DNA of 64,000 nt, from NCBI GenBank assembly GCA_044229985.1, contig JBGARY010000002.1:81420-145419 (forward strand), in the 5' to 3' direction. Source of the stretch: Chitinophagaceae bacterium (GTDB taxonomy: Bacteria; Bacteroidota; Bacteroidia; Chitinophagales; Chitinophagaceae). A program made the position numbers and the translations under genes. Positions within the stretch are counted from its first letter, which is position 1; each line of letters starts with the position of its first letter. Below, one piece after another: positions 34,272 to 43,492 of the stretch. Below the pieces are notes generated by a model. The model was not told where the DNA came from and made no database searches. It saw only the letters and a program-made list of their open reading frames with translations.

Positions 34272-35166
34272 CAACGGAAAAAGATTTCCAGTTGAGATAG
34301 TATTTGGCCCCAAACTCCACGGTGCTGTAATTAAAATCATGCAAGCCTTGCTGAAAGGCCAGCAGCAGGCCCGTTCGATTAATCCTTTTCTCCATATTGA
34401 AGCGATAGACAATCGGTTTGTCGCCGCTGTTTTTTAAATAGCCCAGGTAACCTGCCACATTAGTTTGTATGCGCCAGTTACTTTTATTCCACTCCAACCC
34501 GGTACCGAATAAGAAAGCATCGTCCTGCTGATGTTTGTCGGATTGTATTTGCCAGGAATAAAAGCCGGCCATACCATTCCATTTCAGGTTTTTTCCCAAT
34601 GGCTTGCCAAAGGAGAGATCAAAATAATAGCCAGGTCCATCAGAGTAGCGGGCAGCGCCAAAACCTGAAGAACAGGGAAAACGATAGCCGAGCCTTAATG
34701 CCAGGTGAATATGTTTTCGCCATTTATTCAGCAGTTGAAGATTAGTATTCAGGTGTACTTCTCCTGCCGCTTCCTTATCATAAAAAAACTGGGCAAATAC
34801 ATGCCGTTCCTGTTTGGTGGCAAGACTCATGTTATAACGTTCATACGGTACCCACACGGCATCAAAAGATATAATATCTTTTACCAGGCAGTAGTTTGCA
34901 TAGACAGAAATGTTTTGTGTGTTATCTCCTTTTGAAAAATGCAGCATGCCTGTAACAGCAAAAAAACTGTTGCTGTCAAGCGACCCGTTACCCAACCTTG
35001 GCACCGGCAACGCATTTGGCCCCATGTAGGCCGGTTGTGTGTACATATATTTTTTCCAGTGGCTCACCCCATCCCATCCCACTGTTTGTGCCCATTGGTC
35101 ATAAGATTGTGCACCAGCTTGCACAGACAGCAGGATACAAAAACAAAATACTATTTTTCGCATCAT
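34264..35166 (-). CDS. hypothetical outer-membrane beta-barrel-like protein
   Basis: 300-aa ORF. Signal peptide (ILLSVQAGAQ) and alternating hydrophobic/aromatic strands. 3' end overlaps the pheS stop by 8 nt. Family not recognised. Confidence 0.6.
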   Translation of the reverse strand: MMRKIVFCFCILLSVQAGAQSYDQWAQTVGWDGVSHWKKYMYTQPAYMGPNALPVPRLGNGSLDSNSFFAVTGMLHFSKGDNTQNISVYANYCLVKDIISFDAVWVPYERYNMSLATKQERHVFAQFFYDKEAAGEVHLNTNLQLLNKWRKHIHLALRLGYRFPCSSGFGAARYSDGPGYYFDLSFGKPLGKNLKWNGMAGFYSWQIQSDKHQQDDAFLFGTGLEWNKSNWRIQTNVAGYLGYLKNSGDKPIVYRFNMEKRINRTGLLLAFQQGLHDFNYSTVEFGAKYYLNWKSFSVAK

Positions 35167-35198
35167 AACTGTTCGAAGTTAAAATTTACAGTGGGCAC

Positions 35199-35223
35199 AA
35201 AAAAGGCCGCCCGTAGGCAGCCT
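35199..35223 (-). terminator. terminator after the small membrane-protein gene string
   Basis: Stem aggccgcc/ggcagcct (one mismatch) with loop cgta. On the minus strand it is followed by tttttt. Confidence 0.55.
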
Positions 35224-35244
35224 CGAAAAATCTATTATCTGTGA

Positions 35245-35645
35245 TTACGATTTTGGATTATACAGGATAACAGCAAGAGCTGCAACAAGGCCCAGCCAGA
35301 AGCCGATTCCCATAAATTTGAAAATCTGGCTCATACCTGAACCGCCTTCCATTAATCCGCGGATCAATGGATAGATCCAGCCTACCAGGGCCAAAATACC
35401 TAACACTGATCTGCTGGGAGTATATTTCTCATTGTTGAGAGCACCTACCAGTAACAACACACCGGCTATGGGTGTCAGCAATAAAACAAACCTGTCTGCT
35501 GAGCCACTACTATTTCCACCAAGCTGCCTCCGGTAATAATATCAAGACCGCTCATTTTAAAAAGTCCCCCAAGACTGAAATATGGAAGGAAGAATGCGCC
35601 GATAATAACAACGGCCAAAATCATTGTGATCGTTTTTCTGTTCAT
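35245..35645 (-). pseudogene. small multi-TM membrane protein apparently split by a frameshift (or two overlapping small ORFs of 56 and 78 aa)
   Basis: Unlisted ORF 35645..35475: MNRKTITMILAVVIIGAFFLPYFSLGGLFKMSGLDIITGGSLVEIVVAQQTGLFYC. The listed ORF 35481..35245 is in the -1 frame, and that frame is open from 35541 (YYYRRQLGGNSSGSADRFVLLLTPIAG...). The joined product would parallel the upstream paralog 35691..36308 end to end. Confidence 0.45.
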
Positions 35646-35690
35646 GTTGGTTGGTTTATGGTGAATAATGATGATGCTTTAAAAAATATA

Positions 35691-36308
35691 TCATGATTTT
35701 AACGATGCCGATCGTTTATAACTAAACAAGGCAGCCAGCAGGAATGCAATGACGGCAATATAAAACCACGGAGTGAACCCTAAAGTAACATTGGTGAGGC
35801 TGTCCATATTATCAAGCCCGATGGAATCCGAGCTCTCTTTGGTTTTTTCAGCTGCTTGTTTGGCTAAACCTGCATCAAACCATTTTTTCAGGTCTAACAT
35901 AAAACCGATTAATGCACCGGCTCCCAGTACACCGCAGGCTGTGGCTGCATAACCGGTTGTCTTATTACCAGCCAATGCCAGCAAAAGACCTAACAAAGCC
36001 AGTGCTGCAGCACCAATTATGAAGTATTGTGAATTGCCTTCCTTCTCACCTTTTTTGGGTGCCTTCATATCCTTCATCATATCCTTTCCCATGCCGCCCA
36101 TGAAAGTCCATTCTTTTCCGGTGGCAAAGGCAAGGCCACTTTTACTCATCAACGCAGTGCCGGCACAACGTATTTCAGATAAAGGCAGCAGAAACAGTAA
36201 TAATACAACGGCAAATGACACGGAAGAAGGTACTTTGGATCCAAATATTCCGGGTGACGGAGGTGCAGGGATATAAACAGGATTAGAAACAGGCTGGTTA
36301 GTCTCCAT
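35691..36308 (-). CDS. hypothetical multi-TM membrane protein
   Basis: Start moved to ATG 36308 (METNQPVSNPVYIPAPP). Pro-rich N-terminus and hydrophobic helices interleaved with a Lys/Met-rich loop (GGMGKDMMKDMKAPKKGEKEG). Paralogous to the next gene downstream. Confidence 0.6.
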   Translation of the reverse strand: METNQPVSNPVYIPAPPSPGIFGSKVPSSVSFAVVLLLFLLPLSEIRCAGTALMSKSGLAFATGKEWTFMGGMGKDMMKDMKAPKKGEKEGNSQYFIIGAAALALLGLLLALAGNKTTGYAATACGVLGAGALIGFMLDLKKWFDAGLAKQAAEKTKESSDSIGLDNMDSLTNVTLGFTPWFYIAVIAFLLAALFSYKRSASLKS

Positions 36309-36416
36309 AAAAGTGGTTTTGGTTTTAGAAACAGAAAGATAATATAAATAACTATTCCTGCAACATGACTTTATCATCTGTGGACAACCAATATCTTTAC
36401 AGCCGTAAATTTTCTA

Positions 36417-37265
36417 ATGGAAATAAACTCAATATGCGTTTGCGGAGCCGGCACTATGGGCAGCGGCATTGCACAGGCTGCTGCGCAGGCAGGGTTCGCC
36501 ACTTTGTTGTATGAACTGAATCCTGTAGTACTTAATAAAGCCAGAGAAAACATTAGCAGAAACCTGCAGTCATTAGTTGATAAAGGAAAATTGGAGGCTG
36601 CAGAAAAAGAAAAGATTGAAAAAAGGATCAGTTTTACGGATGATATACAGAACTGCCTGGCAGATATTTTTATTGAAGCCATAATTGAGAAAACAGATAT
36701 CAAGGTCGCTTTATTCAACCAGCTGGCAGAACTGAACCACAGTGAATGCATTTTTGCCAGTAATACATCTTCGCTATCTATCACAGCTATTGCCCAAAAT
36801 GTACAAAGACCAGAAAGAGTGATCGGTATGCATTTTTTCAATCCTGCCACTATCATGAAACTGGTTGAAGTAGTGAATACGGAATACACCAACGACCAGA
36901 CCACTGCAACCGTAGTGGAACTGGCAATGCAAATGGGTAAAACCCCGGTCATTTGTAAGGATTCCCCTGGCTTTATTGTAAACCGGGTGGCAAGACCTTT
37001 TTATATAGAAGCGCTGAGGTTGGTGGAAGAAGGCAAAGTGAGTATGGAGCAAGCGGATGCCATAATAGAATCATCAGGTTTTAAGATGGGGCCATTCAAA
37101 CTAATGGATCTGATCGGCAATGATGTAAACTATGCAGTGAGCTGTTCTGTTTATGAGCAACTCGGGCAACCAGAAAGACTGAAGCCCTCCTACATCCAGG
37201 AACAAAAGGTAAAAGAAGGAAAACTGGGAAAGAAAACAGGCGAAGGCTATTACAAATACAGTTAA
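36417..37265 (+). CDS. 3-hydroxybutyryl-CoA / 3-hydroxyacyl-CoA dehydrogenase
   Basis: 282-aa ORF. NAD-binding VCGAGTMGSGIAQ and the HCDH C-terminal domain (SPGFIVNRVARPF). Confidence 0.88.
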   Translation: MEINSICVCGAGTMGSGIAQAAAQAGFATLLYELNPVVLNKARENISRNLQSLVDKGKLEAAEKEKIEKRISFTDDIQNCLADIFIEAIIEKTDIKVALFNQLAELNHSECIFASNTSSLSITAIAQNVQRPERVIGMHFFNPATIMKLVEVVNTEYTNDQTTATVVELAMQMGKTPVICKDSPGFIVNRVARPFYIEALRLVEEGKVSMEQADAIIESSGFKMGPFKLMDLIGNDVNYAVSCSVYEQLGQPERLKPSYIQEQKVKEGKLGKKTGEGYYKYS

Positions 37266-37277
37266 CAGGTTTACAGG

Positions 37278-37313
37278 TTTACAAGTTGAAAAGCAAATGG
37301 CACTTGTAAATTT
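37278..37313 (+). terminator. terminator-like hairpin after the 3-hydroxybutyryl-CoA dehydrogenase gene
   Basis: 9-bp stem tttacaagt/acttgtaaa with a 15-nt loop, followed by ttt. Preceded by the tandem 8-mer aggtttac x2. Confidence 0.4.
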
Positions 37314-37336
37314 GCAGCCTCTTTAAAAGAATCAAT

Positions 37337-38341
37337 TTGTCAACCAAGATACTTATTACAGGCGGCACCGGTTTCTTAGGTTCCTATATCATCAAAGAGC
37401 TGGTAGAAAAAGGATATGCCGTGATGGCCCTTCGCCGAAGTAATAAATTGCCAACCTGGATACCTTCCGAAATTCTTGAAAAAACAGAATGGGTGGATGG
37501 CGATGTACTGGACGTAGTAGCGTTAGAAGATGCCATGGAGGGGGTTGACATCGTTATTCATTCTGCCGCCATCGTTTCGTTTGTAAAAAAGGAAAGAGAA
37601 CAGATGTACCAGGTAAATGTGGAAGGAACAGCCAATGTAGTGAATATAGCTTTGGAGAAAAATGTAAAACGATTAGTGCATATTAGTTCAGTAGCTGCAC
37701 TTGGCAGAACTACTAACGGCGGGCATGTGGATGAAGAAAAAAAATGGGAAGAAAGCAAGGCCAATACCCATTATGCTAAAAGCAAATTCAAAGCAGAACT
37801 ACAGGTATGGAGGGGCATCAGCGAAGGACTGGAAGCTGTTATTTTAAATCCAAGTACAATTTTAGGTTACGGCGACTGGCACAGCAGCAGTTGCGCCATT
37901 TTCCGGCAAGTATATGAAGGTTTTAAATGGTACACACCGGGCATCAATGGTTTTGTAGATGTAGAAGATGTTGCAAGGGCTACCGTTTTGCTGATGGAAA
38001 GCAATGTATCAGAACAAAGATTTATTGTGAATGGTGATACCTGGCCTTTTCAAAAATTACAGGATACTATTGCTGATGCATTTGGCAAAAAAAGACCGAC
38101 CCGAAAAACAAGTCCGTTCTTATTATCAATCGCCTGGAGGATGGAAAAAATAAAATCCTTTTTCACCGGGAAACGTCCTTTGCTTACCAAAGAAAGTGCA
38201 AGGGTGGCCCAAAGCCAGACCTGGTTTGAAAATGGTAAACTATTGAAAGCTTTCCCGGAATTTTCCTATACCCCGTTGGAACAATCTATAAAAAAAGCCT
38301 GTGAAAAATACGCCGGCACCATTGTTGACATGCAACGGTAA
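37337..38341 (+). CDS. NAD-dependent epimerase/dehydratase (extended SDR) family protein
   Basis: 334-aa ORF with TTG start. ILITGGTGFLGSYI Rossmann motif and YxxxK (YAKSK). Confidence 0.8.
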   Translation: MSTKILITGGTGFLGSYIIKELVEKGYAVMALRRSNKLPTWIPSEILEKTEWVDGDVLDVVALEDAMEGVDIVIHSAAIVSFVKKEREQMYQVNVEGTANVVNIALEKNVKRLVHISSVAALGRTTNGGHVDEEKKWEESKANTHYAKSKFKAELQVWRGISEGLEAVILNPSTILGYGDWHSSSCAIFRQVYEGFKWYTPGINGFVDVEDVARATVLLMESNVSEQRFIVNGDTWPFQKLQDTIADAFGKKRPTRKTSPFLLSIAWRMEKIKSFFTGKRPLLTKESARVAQSQTWFENGKLLKAFPEFSYTPLEQSIKKACEKYAGTIVDMQR

Positions 38342-38378
38342 GCCCATTGCTGTTATCTTTAAACCGTAATACTTACTT

Positions 38379-39449
38379 ATGGTAATAAATCGTTTACTGT
38401 TTTCCGTATTTTTTATCGGCTTTTCTATCTTGTCTGCTGCCCAGTTTGTTATCACCGGAACAGTAGTTGACTCCGCCTCAAAAGAGCCCTTAGTTAACGC
38501 ATCCGTTTTTTGCCAGAATACAACTTTGGGAACAGTAACTGATAAAGAAGGGAAATTCACCCTATCCTTAAAGTCTGGAGGATATGACCTGATCTTCAGC
38601 TATACTGGTTACCTTACCCAAACTTTGAGGGTTACTGAGAACAATAAAATAGACATACAATTGGTGAAAGAGGAAAAGAGTATGGGCGAAGTGGTTCTGA
38701 GAAACACTTATGAAGTGGCCGATGGCTGGGCCAAATATGGCGACTTCTTCTTCCAGAATTTTATTGGGTCCACACCCAACGCAGCAAAATGCACACTATT
38801 GAATCCTGAAGTACTGAAGTTTTACTACTATAAAAGATCTAACCGCCTGAAAGTACTGGCCACTGATGCCATCCTTGTTGCCAACAATGCTCTTGGCTAC
38901 AATTTGCGATATCAATTAGATTCCTTTGTCTATTTCTACAATACTCATGTCAATTCTTACCGGGGATACAGTCTTTATACAGAAATGGAAGCTGATGACA
39001 GTACGAAGCAGGTATGGAACAAGGCAAGGGCTAAGGCTTATGAAGGATCAAAACTGCATTTCATGCGGAGTTACTATGACAGCAGCTTGTACGAAGACGG
39101 CTGGGTAATTGATATGCTGGATGAAAAAAATGAAAAGAAATTCAACCGGGTGGATAATCCATATGACACCCTTTATTACGGTGCAATGGACAGTACCCTC
39201 CAGATAGAAATATGGTACCCAAGAAAACTGAGCATTGCTTATACCAATAAGAAACCGGAACCAGAATATCTGAAAAAAATGGGTTTACCGAAAAATGTAC
39301 AATACCCCATTTCATACATTGATATTAAAGAAACAATAGCCATTACCGAAAATGGTTATTACTATGAACAAAAAGACTGGATAAACCAGGGTTACTGGAG
39401 CTGGAAGAATGTAGCAGATCTGTTGCCATATGATTACCTACCGGATTAG
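38379..39449 (+). CDS. carboxypeptidase-regulatory-like domain protein
   Basis: 356-aa ORF with signal peptide. CarboxypepD_reg-type N-domain (ITGTVVDSASKEPLVNASVFCQNTTLGTVTDKEGKFTL). The remainder is unassigned. Confidence 0.7.
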   Translation: MVINRLLFSVFFIGFSILSAAQFVITGTVVDSASKEPLVNASVFCQNTTLGTVTDKEGKFTLSLKSGGYDLIFSYTGYLTQTLRVTENNKIDIQLVKEEKSMGEVVLRNTYEVADGWAKYGDFFFQNFIGSTPNAAKCTLLNPEVLKFYYYKRSNRLKVLATDAILVANNALGYNLRYQLDSFVYFYNTHVNSYRGYSLYTEMEADDSTKQVWNKARAKAYEGSKLHFMRSYYDSSLYEDGWVIDMLDEKNEKKFNRVDNPYDTLYYGAMDSTLQIEIWYPRKLSIAYTNKKPEPEYLKKMGLPKNVQYPISYIDIKETIAITENGYYYEQKDWINQGYWSWKNVADLLPYDYLPD

Positions 39450-39522
39450 ACTGCTTGATTGAATGTGTTCTGCAAATAATGGAAACCCTGATTAACTTGT
39501 CAAGCAATTAAACAATCACCCC

Positions 39523-40467
39523 TTACCCCCCCATCACCTTTTCCCATAATTGCGGAATACGTTTGATCCAGACAAATTCTTTCATCTTTTCCCTGGCATC
39601 CTCCACCGGTGAGCCAAAATAAACTTTACCGCCGGGTATAGAGTCCTTCACACCGCTTTGCGCATAAACAACTGCGTCTTTCCCAATCGTTAGTGTTTTG
39701 CTTACCCCTACCTGTCCCCAAAGAATGACATTATCTTCAATGGTAGTAGCACCGGCAATACCTACCTGACCTGCGAACAAGCAGTTTTTGCCTACAACCG
39801 TATCATGCCCGATATGTACGAGATTATCCATTTTTGTACCGGCACCAATCAATGTGTCAGCACTTACACCCCTGTCGATGGTGCAGTTAGCGCCAATCTC
39901 CACCCCGTTTTCAATCACCACCCGGCCGCAACTGTTCATTTTCTTATAATGAATATCCCGGTTGGTTTTTTTGTTATAATAAAAAGCATCGCTGCCTATG
40001 ACTGTGCCTGCCTGGATGATTACATTATCGCCAATAATACAATGATCGAGTATGGTCACATTTGGATGGATAATACAATCCTTTCCGATAGTTACCTGGT
40101 TACCGATATAAGCACCGGGCATTACCACCGTGCCTTCACCCACCACGGCAGAGTCGCTGATCATTTTCATGGAAGGTGCAAATGGCCTGTAAAAATTCAC
40201 AATCTTCAGGTAAGCCTCAAACGGCTCCTCTACAATCAGCAAAGCCTTCCCATCCGGCACATCCGTTTTTTTATTGATAATAATAAAACTGGCGGCTGAC
40301 TGAATACATTTATCATAATACTTGGGATGGTCTACAAAAACAAGATCACCCTTCTCTACTTTATGAATTTCATTTATACCGGTAGCAAATCCATTTACAT
40401 TGCCCGTAACTTCTGCACCGATCAATTGTGCAATGGTGGTAACCGGAATTGGCTGATCAAAATGCAT
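39523..40467 (-). CDS. lpxD: UDP-3-O-acylglucosamine N-acyltransferase
   Basis: 314-aa ORF. Hexapeptide left-handed beta-helix repeats throughout ([49 protein letters not shown]) with an LpxD-type N-domain. Confidence 0.9.
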   Translation of the reverse strand: MHFDQPIPVTTIAQLIGAEVTGNVNGFATGINEIHKVEKGDLVFVDHPKYYDKCIQSAASFIIINKKTDVPDGKALLIVEEPFEAYLKIVNFYRPFAPSMKMISDSAVVGEGTVVMPGAYIGNQVTIGKDCIIHPNVTILDHCIIGDNVIIQAGTVIGSDAFYYNKKTNRDIHYKKMNSCGRVVIENGVEIGANCTIDRGVSADTLIGAGTKMDNLVHIGHDTVVGKNCLFAGQVGIAGATTIEDNVILWGQVGVSKTLTIGKDAVVYAQSGVKDSIPGGKVYFGSPVEDAREKMKEFVWIKRIPQLWEKVMGG

Positions 40468-40806
40468 AGCTTATTTTTTTAAACGCCGCATACCGGCGCA
40501 GTCAGGCAAAGGTAGTTAAGCTAAACAAAGACCAGATTGTAGTAATATTTCTACTTTCATCGTCTACTGTCAATTTTTTTTATTGGCTCGCTTGCAGGTA
40601 AAAAAGGAAACCGGGTAATGAAAACAGCCGGGAAGAAAAATATTTTATCAATAAAAAATGTAAACGACTAAAATATCAATGCTACAGAACTATTACCTGT
40701 CAAGCATTTCAGATGATAATTAAAACGGTTTTTTTATTTTAGTTATTGATAAAAAATTCTGAGCAGAATTAATTTTTCAAAAAAAAGTAGTGATAACAAC
40801 GCTGGT

Positions 40807-40815
40807 TTATCCACA
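40807..40815 (+). promoter_or_regulatory. perfect DnaA-box consensus TTATCCACA (isolated)
   Basis: Exact 9-mer in a 606-bp AT-rich intergenic region. One 1-mismatch box in opposite orientation (TTTGGATAA, 40856-40864). Significance unclear. Confidence 0.25.
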
Positions 40816-40855
40816 AGCAATTTTAAAATGTTAATAAAATATTTTGGAAATATTT

Positions 40856-40885
40856 TTTGGATAAAGAAAATTCTTTTTAATATTG
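40856..40885 (+). promoter_or_regulatory. candidate promoter (-33 TTTG, 18 nt, TAATATTG)
   Basis: TTTG at 40856-40859 and TAATATTG at 40878-40885 (one mismatch to TAnnTTTG). Sits just upstream of a hairpin and an orphan terminator. Confidence 0.3.
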
Positions 40886-40888
40886 TGT

Positions 40889-40966
40889 AGGGAAATTTAT
40901 TTCCCTGTACTTACTAACCCATCCATATATTAATCCCTCTGGTTTCTCCAGAGGGGTTTTTGTTTT
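40889..40966 (+). ncRNA. candidate ~75-nt sRNA or yicC leader (5' hairpin plus intrinsic terminator)
   Basis: 7-bp hairpin agggaaa/tttccct (40889-40906), then 8-bp stem ccctctgg/ccagaggg (40935-40955) followed by tttttgtttt. No CDS upstream on this strand. Confidence 0.3.
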
Positions 40967-41073
40967 ATACCATTGTTGATTGCATTTCTTAATACCTGCA
41001 TTGTCACCATTATTATTATATAAACCCGAATACTTTATTTAAAATACCTTTACGCCAATCTAAAAATCATTTC

Positions 41074-41949
41074 ATGCTGAAATCAATGACAGGCTTCGGA
41101 AGGGCTGAAAAAAATGTAGCTAACCGGACCTTCCTCGTAGATATCAAATCACTGAACGGTAAACAGTTTGAACTGCAACTAAAACTGCCTTCTATTTTAA
41201 AGCCTTTTGAATTTGACATCCGCCGCCTGCTTTCCGAAAAATTAAGCCGTGGCAGTGTGGACTGCCAGATCAGCCTGAAAGATACCGGCCACACCAAGCC
41301 TGTTACCATCAATACCGATCTTGCCAAAGCCTATTATAAACCGCTGGCTGAATTATCAGCTGAGCTAAACCTCGACCCCTCTTCCATTCTCAGTACACTG
41401 GTAAAATTACCGGAGGTCATCACCCCCAGCAGCGAAACATTGACCGATAAAGAATGGGAAGAGTTTCAGCAAGTGCTGCAGTCTGCTATTGAGGATCTGA
41501 ATATTCATCGCCTGGATGAGGGAAAATCATTGGAACTGGACCTGCGGGCCCGCATTACCAACATCCGGCAACAGCAGGAAGAAGTGATCAAACTGGAACC
41601 GCTCCGCAAACATAAAATAAGGGAAGGCATTACCCGCCTGCTGGAAGAAAATGTAGGAAAGGAAAACTATGACAGCAACCGCCTGGAGCAGGAATTGATC
41701 TTTTATATTGAAAAAATAGATATCAGCGAAGAGCAGGTGCGCCTGAAGAATCATTGCGAGTATTTTATAACCCTGCTTGATGAAAATGATGATGCCAAAG
41801 GCAAAAAGCTATCCTTTATTCTTCAGGAAATCGGCCGGGAGATCAATACCACCGGTTCCAAAGCCTACGATTCCACCATACAGAAATGCGTGGTACTGAT
41901 GAAAGATGAACTGGAAAAAGCAAAAGAACAGGTGCTGAATGTGCTGTAA
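41074..41949 (+). CDS. yicC: YicC/YloC-family protein
   Basis: 291-aa ORF. N-terminus MLKSMTGFGRAE and C-terminal DUF1732-type motif LQEIGREINTTGSKA. Confidence 0.88.
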   Translation: MLKSMTGFGRAEKNVANRTFLVDIKSLNGKQFELQLKLPSILKPFEFDIRRLLSEKLSRGSVDCQISLKDTGHTKPVTINTDLAKAYYKPLAELSAELNLDPSSILSTLVKLPEVITPSSETLTDKEWEEFQQVLQSAIEDLNIHRLDEGKSLELDLRARITNIRQQQEEVIKLEPLRKHKIREGITRLLEENVGKENYDSNRLEQELIFYIEKIDISEEQVRLKNHCEYFITLLDENDDAKGKKLSFILQEIGREINTTGSKAYDSTIQKCVVLMKDELEKAKEQVLNVL

Positions 41950-42004
41950 AGGTTTGCCCTGATCCAGACTTACAGAAACGTTTTACTTTTGTAAAAACAA
42001 CCGA

Positions 42005-42490
42005 TTGAAAAAATTGCTCCGCACTTTATTACCCTTACTGGCAGTTTCTTTTTTTATACAGAGCTGCCAAACCATTGAGCTGTATGAAAAATCGGTGACC
42101 ATTCCCGGTCATGCATGGGATATGAGTTATAAACCAGTGTTCAACTTCACTATAAAAGATACTGCCGTTCCTTACAAGCTCTATGTGGTGTTGCGGCATA
42201 CTGATAAATACAACTATAATAATATATACGTTAACATCACCACCCGGCAACCCGGCCAGGACAGCACCCGGACCGGCCGCTACGACCTTGTACTCGCCAC
42301 CAATGAAAAAGGCTGGCTGGGCAGCGGCATGGATGATATATATGAACACCGGATTTTATTGACACCCGCCGGACAGGAATTTTATTTCAGAAAGCCCGGC
42401 GATTATACATTTACTATTGAACAGATAATGCGGGAAAATCCCCTGCAGCATGTAATGAATGTGGGATTGCGACTGGAAAAGAAACAATAA
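42005..42490 (+). CDS. gldH: gliding motility lipoprotein GldH-like
   Basis: 161-aa ORF with TTG start and lipobox FFIQSC. Size and residue pattern (W..F.F.I.D...YKLYVVLRHTDKYNYNNIYVNI...G.G.DDIYE...G.Y.F.IEQIMR...L.HV.NVGLRLE) match my recollection of GldH. Confidence 0.65.
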   Translation: MKKLLRTLLPLLAVSFFIQSCQTIELYEKSVTIPGHAWDMSYKPVFNFTIKDTAVPYKLYVVLRHTDKYNYNNIYVNITTRQPGQDSTRTGRYDLVLATNEKGWLGSGMDDIYEHRILLTPAGQEFYFRKPGDYTFTIEQIMRENPLQHVMNVGLRLEKKQ

Positions 42491-42502
42491 CAGCGACAAC
42501 TC

Positions 42503-43492
42503 ATGGCAGACAACAGCCGTAAAAGGTTAAAACGAACCAGTTTACTTTACATCATACTCTTCTCCTATATCATTGCCGCATTGGTATGGTGGTTTATATC
42601 TCTTGAGAAACAAAGTAAACAAATAGCAGATCTCAGCTATAAAAGCATTGATGTAATAAAAGATTCACTCAATGTGTCCGAATTGGGTGACCGCATCAGT
42701 GCCATTGACAAAGAAGCCAAAAGAAATACCGGGAAGTACATTGCAGAAGGCATCACCTTCCTGCTGTTGATATTAACCGGAGCAGTATTTGTATACAGGG
42801 CTATCCGCCGCCAGTTCAAACTGCAGCAGCAGCAGCAAAATTTTATGATGGCTGTAACCCATGAGCTAAAAACACCGATAGCAGTAACCCGGCTGAACCT
42901 GGAGACGATGCAGAAATACCATCTTGACCCGGAGAAACAAAAAAAACTGCTGCGCACCACCCTTGATGAAACCAACAGGCTCAATTTTTTAACCAACAAT
43001 ATTCTTGTATCAGCACAACTGGAAGGCGGCCGCTATAACCAGACCAATGATGAACTTAATTTATCCGACTTGCTGAAAGATTGCCTGCAGGATTTCCGAA
43101 ACCGGTTTCCTGACCGGACATTCCTGGAGGACATAGAATTGGATGCAGAAGTATTGGGTGACCCTTTATTATTACAGATGCTGATCAACAACCTGCTGGA
43201 GAATGCAGTAAAGTACTCCTCCAAAGAAAAGCCCATCAAAGCTGTACTAAAAAAAGAAACCGGGGAGGTCGCATTACAGATAATTGATGAAGGCCCGGGT
43301 ATTGCGGAGGATGAAAAGAAGAAAGTGTTTTCCAAATTTTACCGCATCGGCAATGAAGCCACCCGAAAAACGCAGGGAACCGGTCTTGGGTTATACCTTT
43401 GCCGTAAGATTGCCGAAGACCACAATGCCGACATTTCGGTGACAAACCATTTGCCACAGGGCAGTATTTTTGCAGTCATTTTTAAAACATGA
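42503..43492 (+). CDS. sensor histidine kinase
   Basis: 329-aa ORF. N-terminal TM segments, H-box MMAVTHELKTPIA, HATPase boxes LLENAVKYS, IDEGPGI, GTGLGL. Confidence 0.88.
   Translation: MADNSRKRLKRTSLLYIILFSYIIAALVWWFISLEKQSKQIADLSYKSIDVIKDSLNVSELGDRISAIDKEAKRNTGKYIAEGITFLLLILTGAVFVYRAIRRQFKLQQQQQNFMMAVTHELKTPIAVTRLNLETMQKYHLDPEKQKKLLRTTLDETNRLNFLTNNILVSAQLEGGRYNQTNDELNLSDLLKDCLQDFRNRFPDRTFLEDIELDAEVLGDPLLLQMLINNLLENAVKYSSKEKPIKAVLKKETGEVALQIIDEGPGIAEDEKKKVFSKFYRIGNEATRKTQGTGLGLYLCRKIAEDHNADISVTNHLPQGSIFAVIFKT

Noticed and set aside
36374-36952. 192-aa ORF antisense to the 3-hydroxybutyryl-CoA dehydrogenase gene
   Set aside because: The plus-strand product has clear NAD-binding and HCDH motifs. 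The antisense translation is featureless and hydrophobic.
39805-40299. 164-aa plus-strand ORF inside lpxD
   Set aside because: Hexapeptide-repeat genes commonly leave antisense frames open. LpxD on the minus strand is well supported.
40468-41073. Possible chromosomal replication origin (AT-rich 606-bp spacer with a perfect TTATCCACA box)
   Set aside because: There is only one perfect and one 1-mismatch DnaA box. I see no cluster of boxes and no dnaA or dnaN nearby, and I cannot compute the GC-skew switch here. It would need a genome-wide skew plot and box clustering. Kept as a weak note only.
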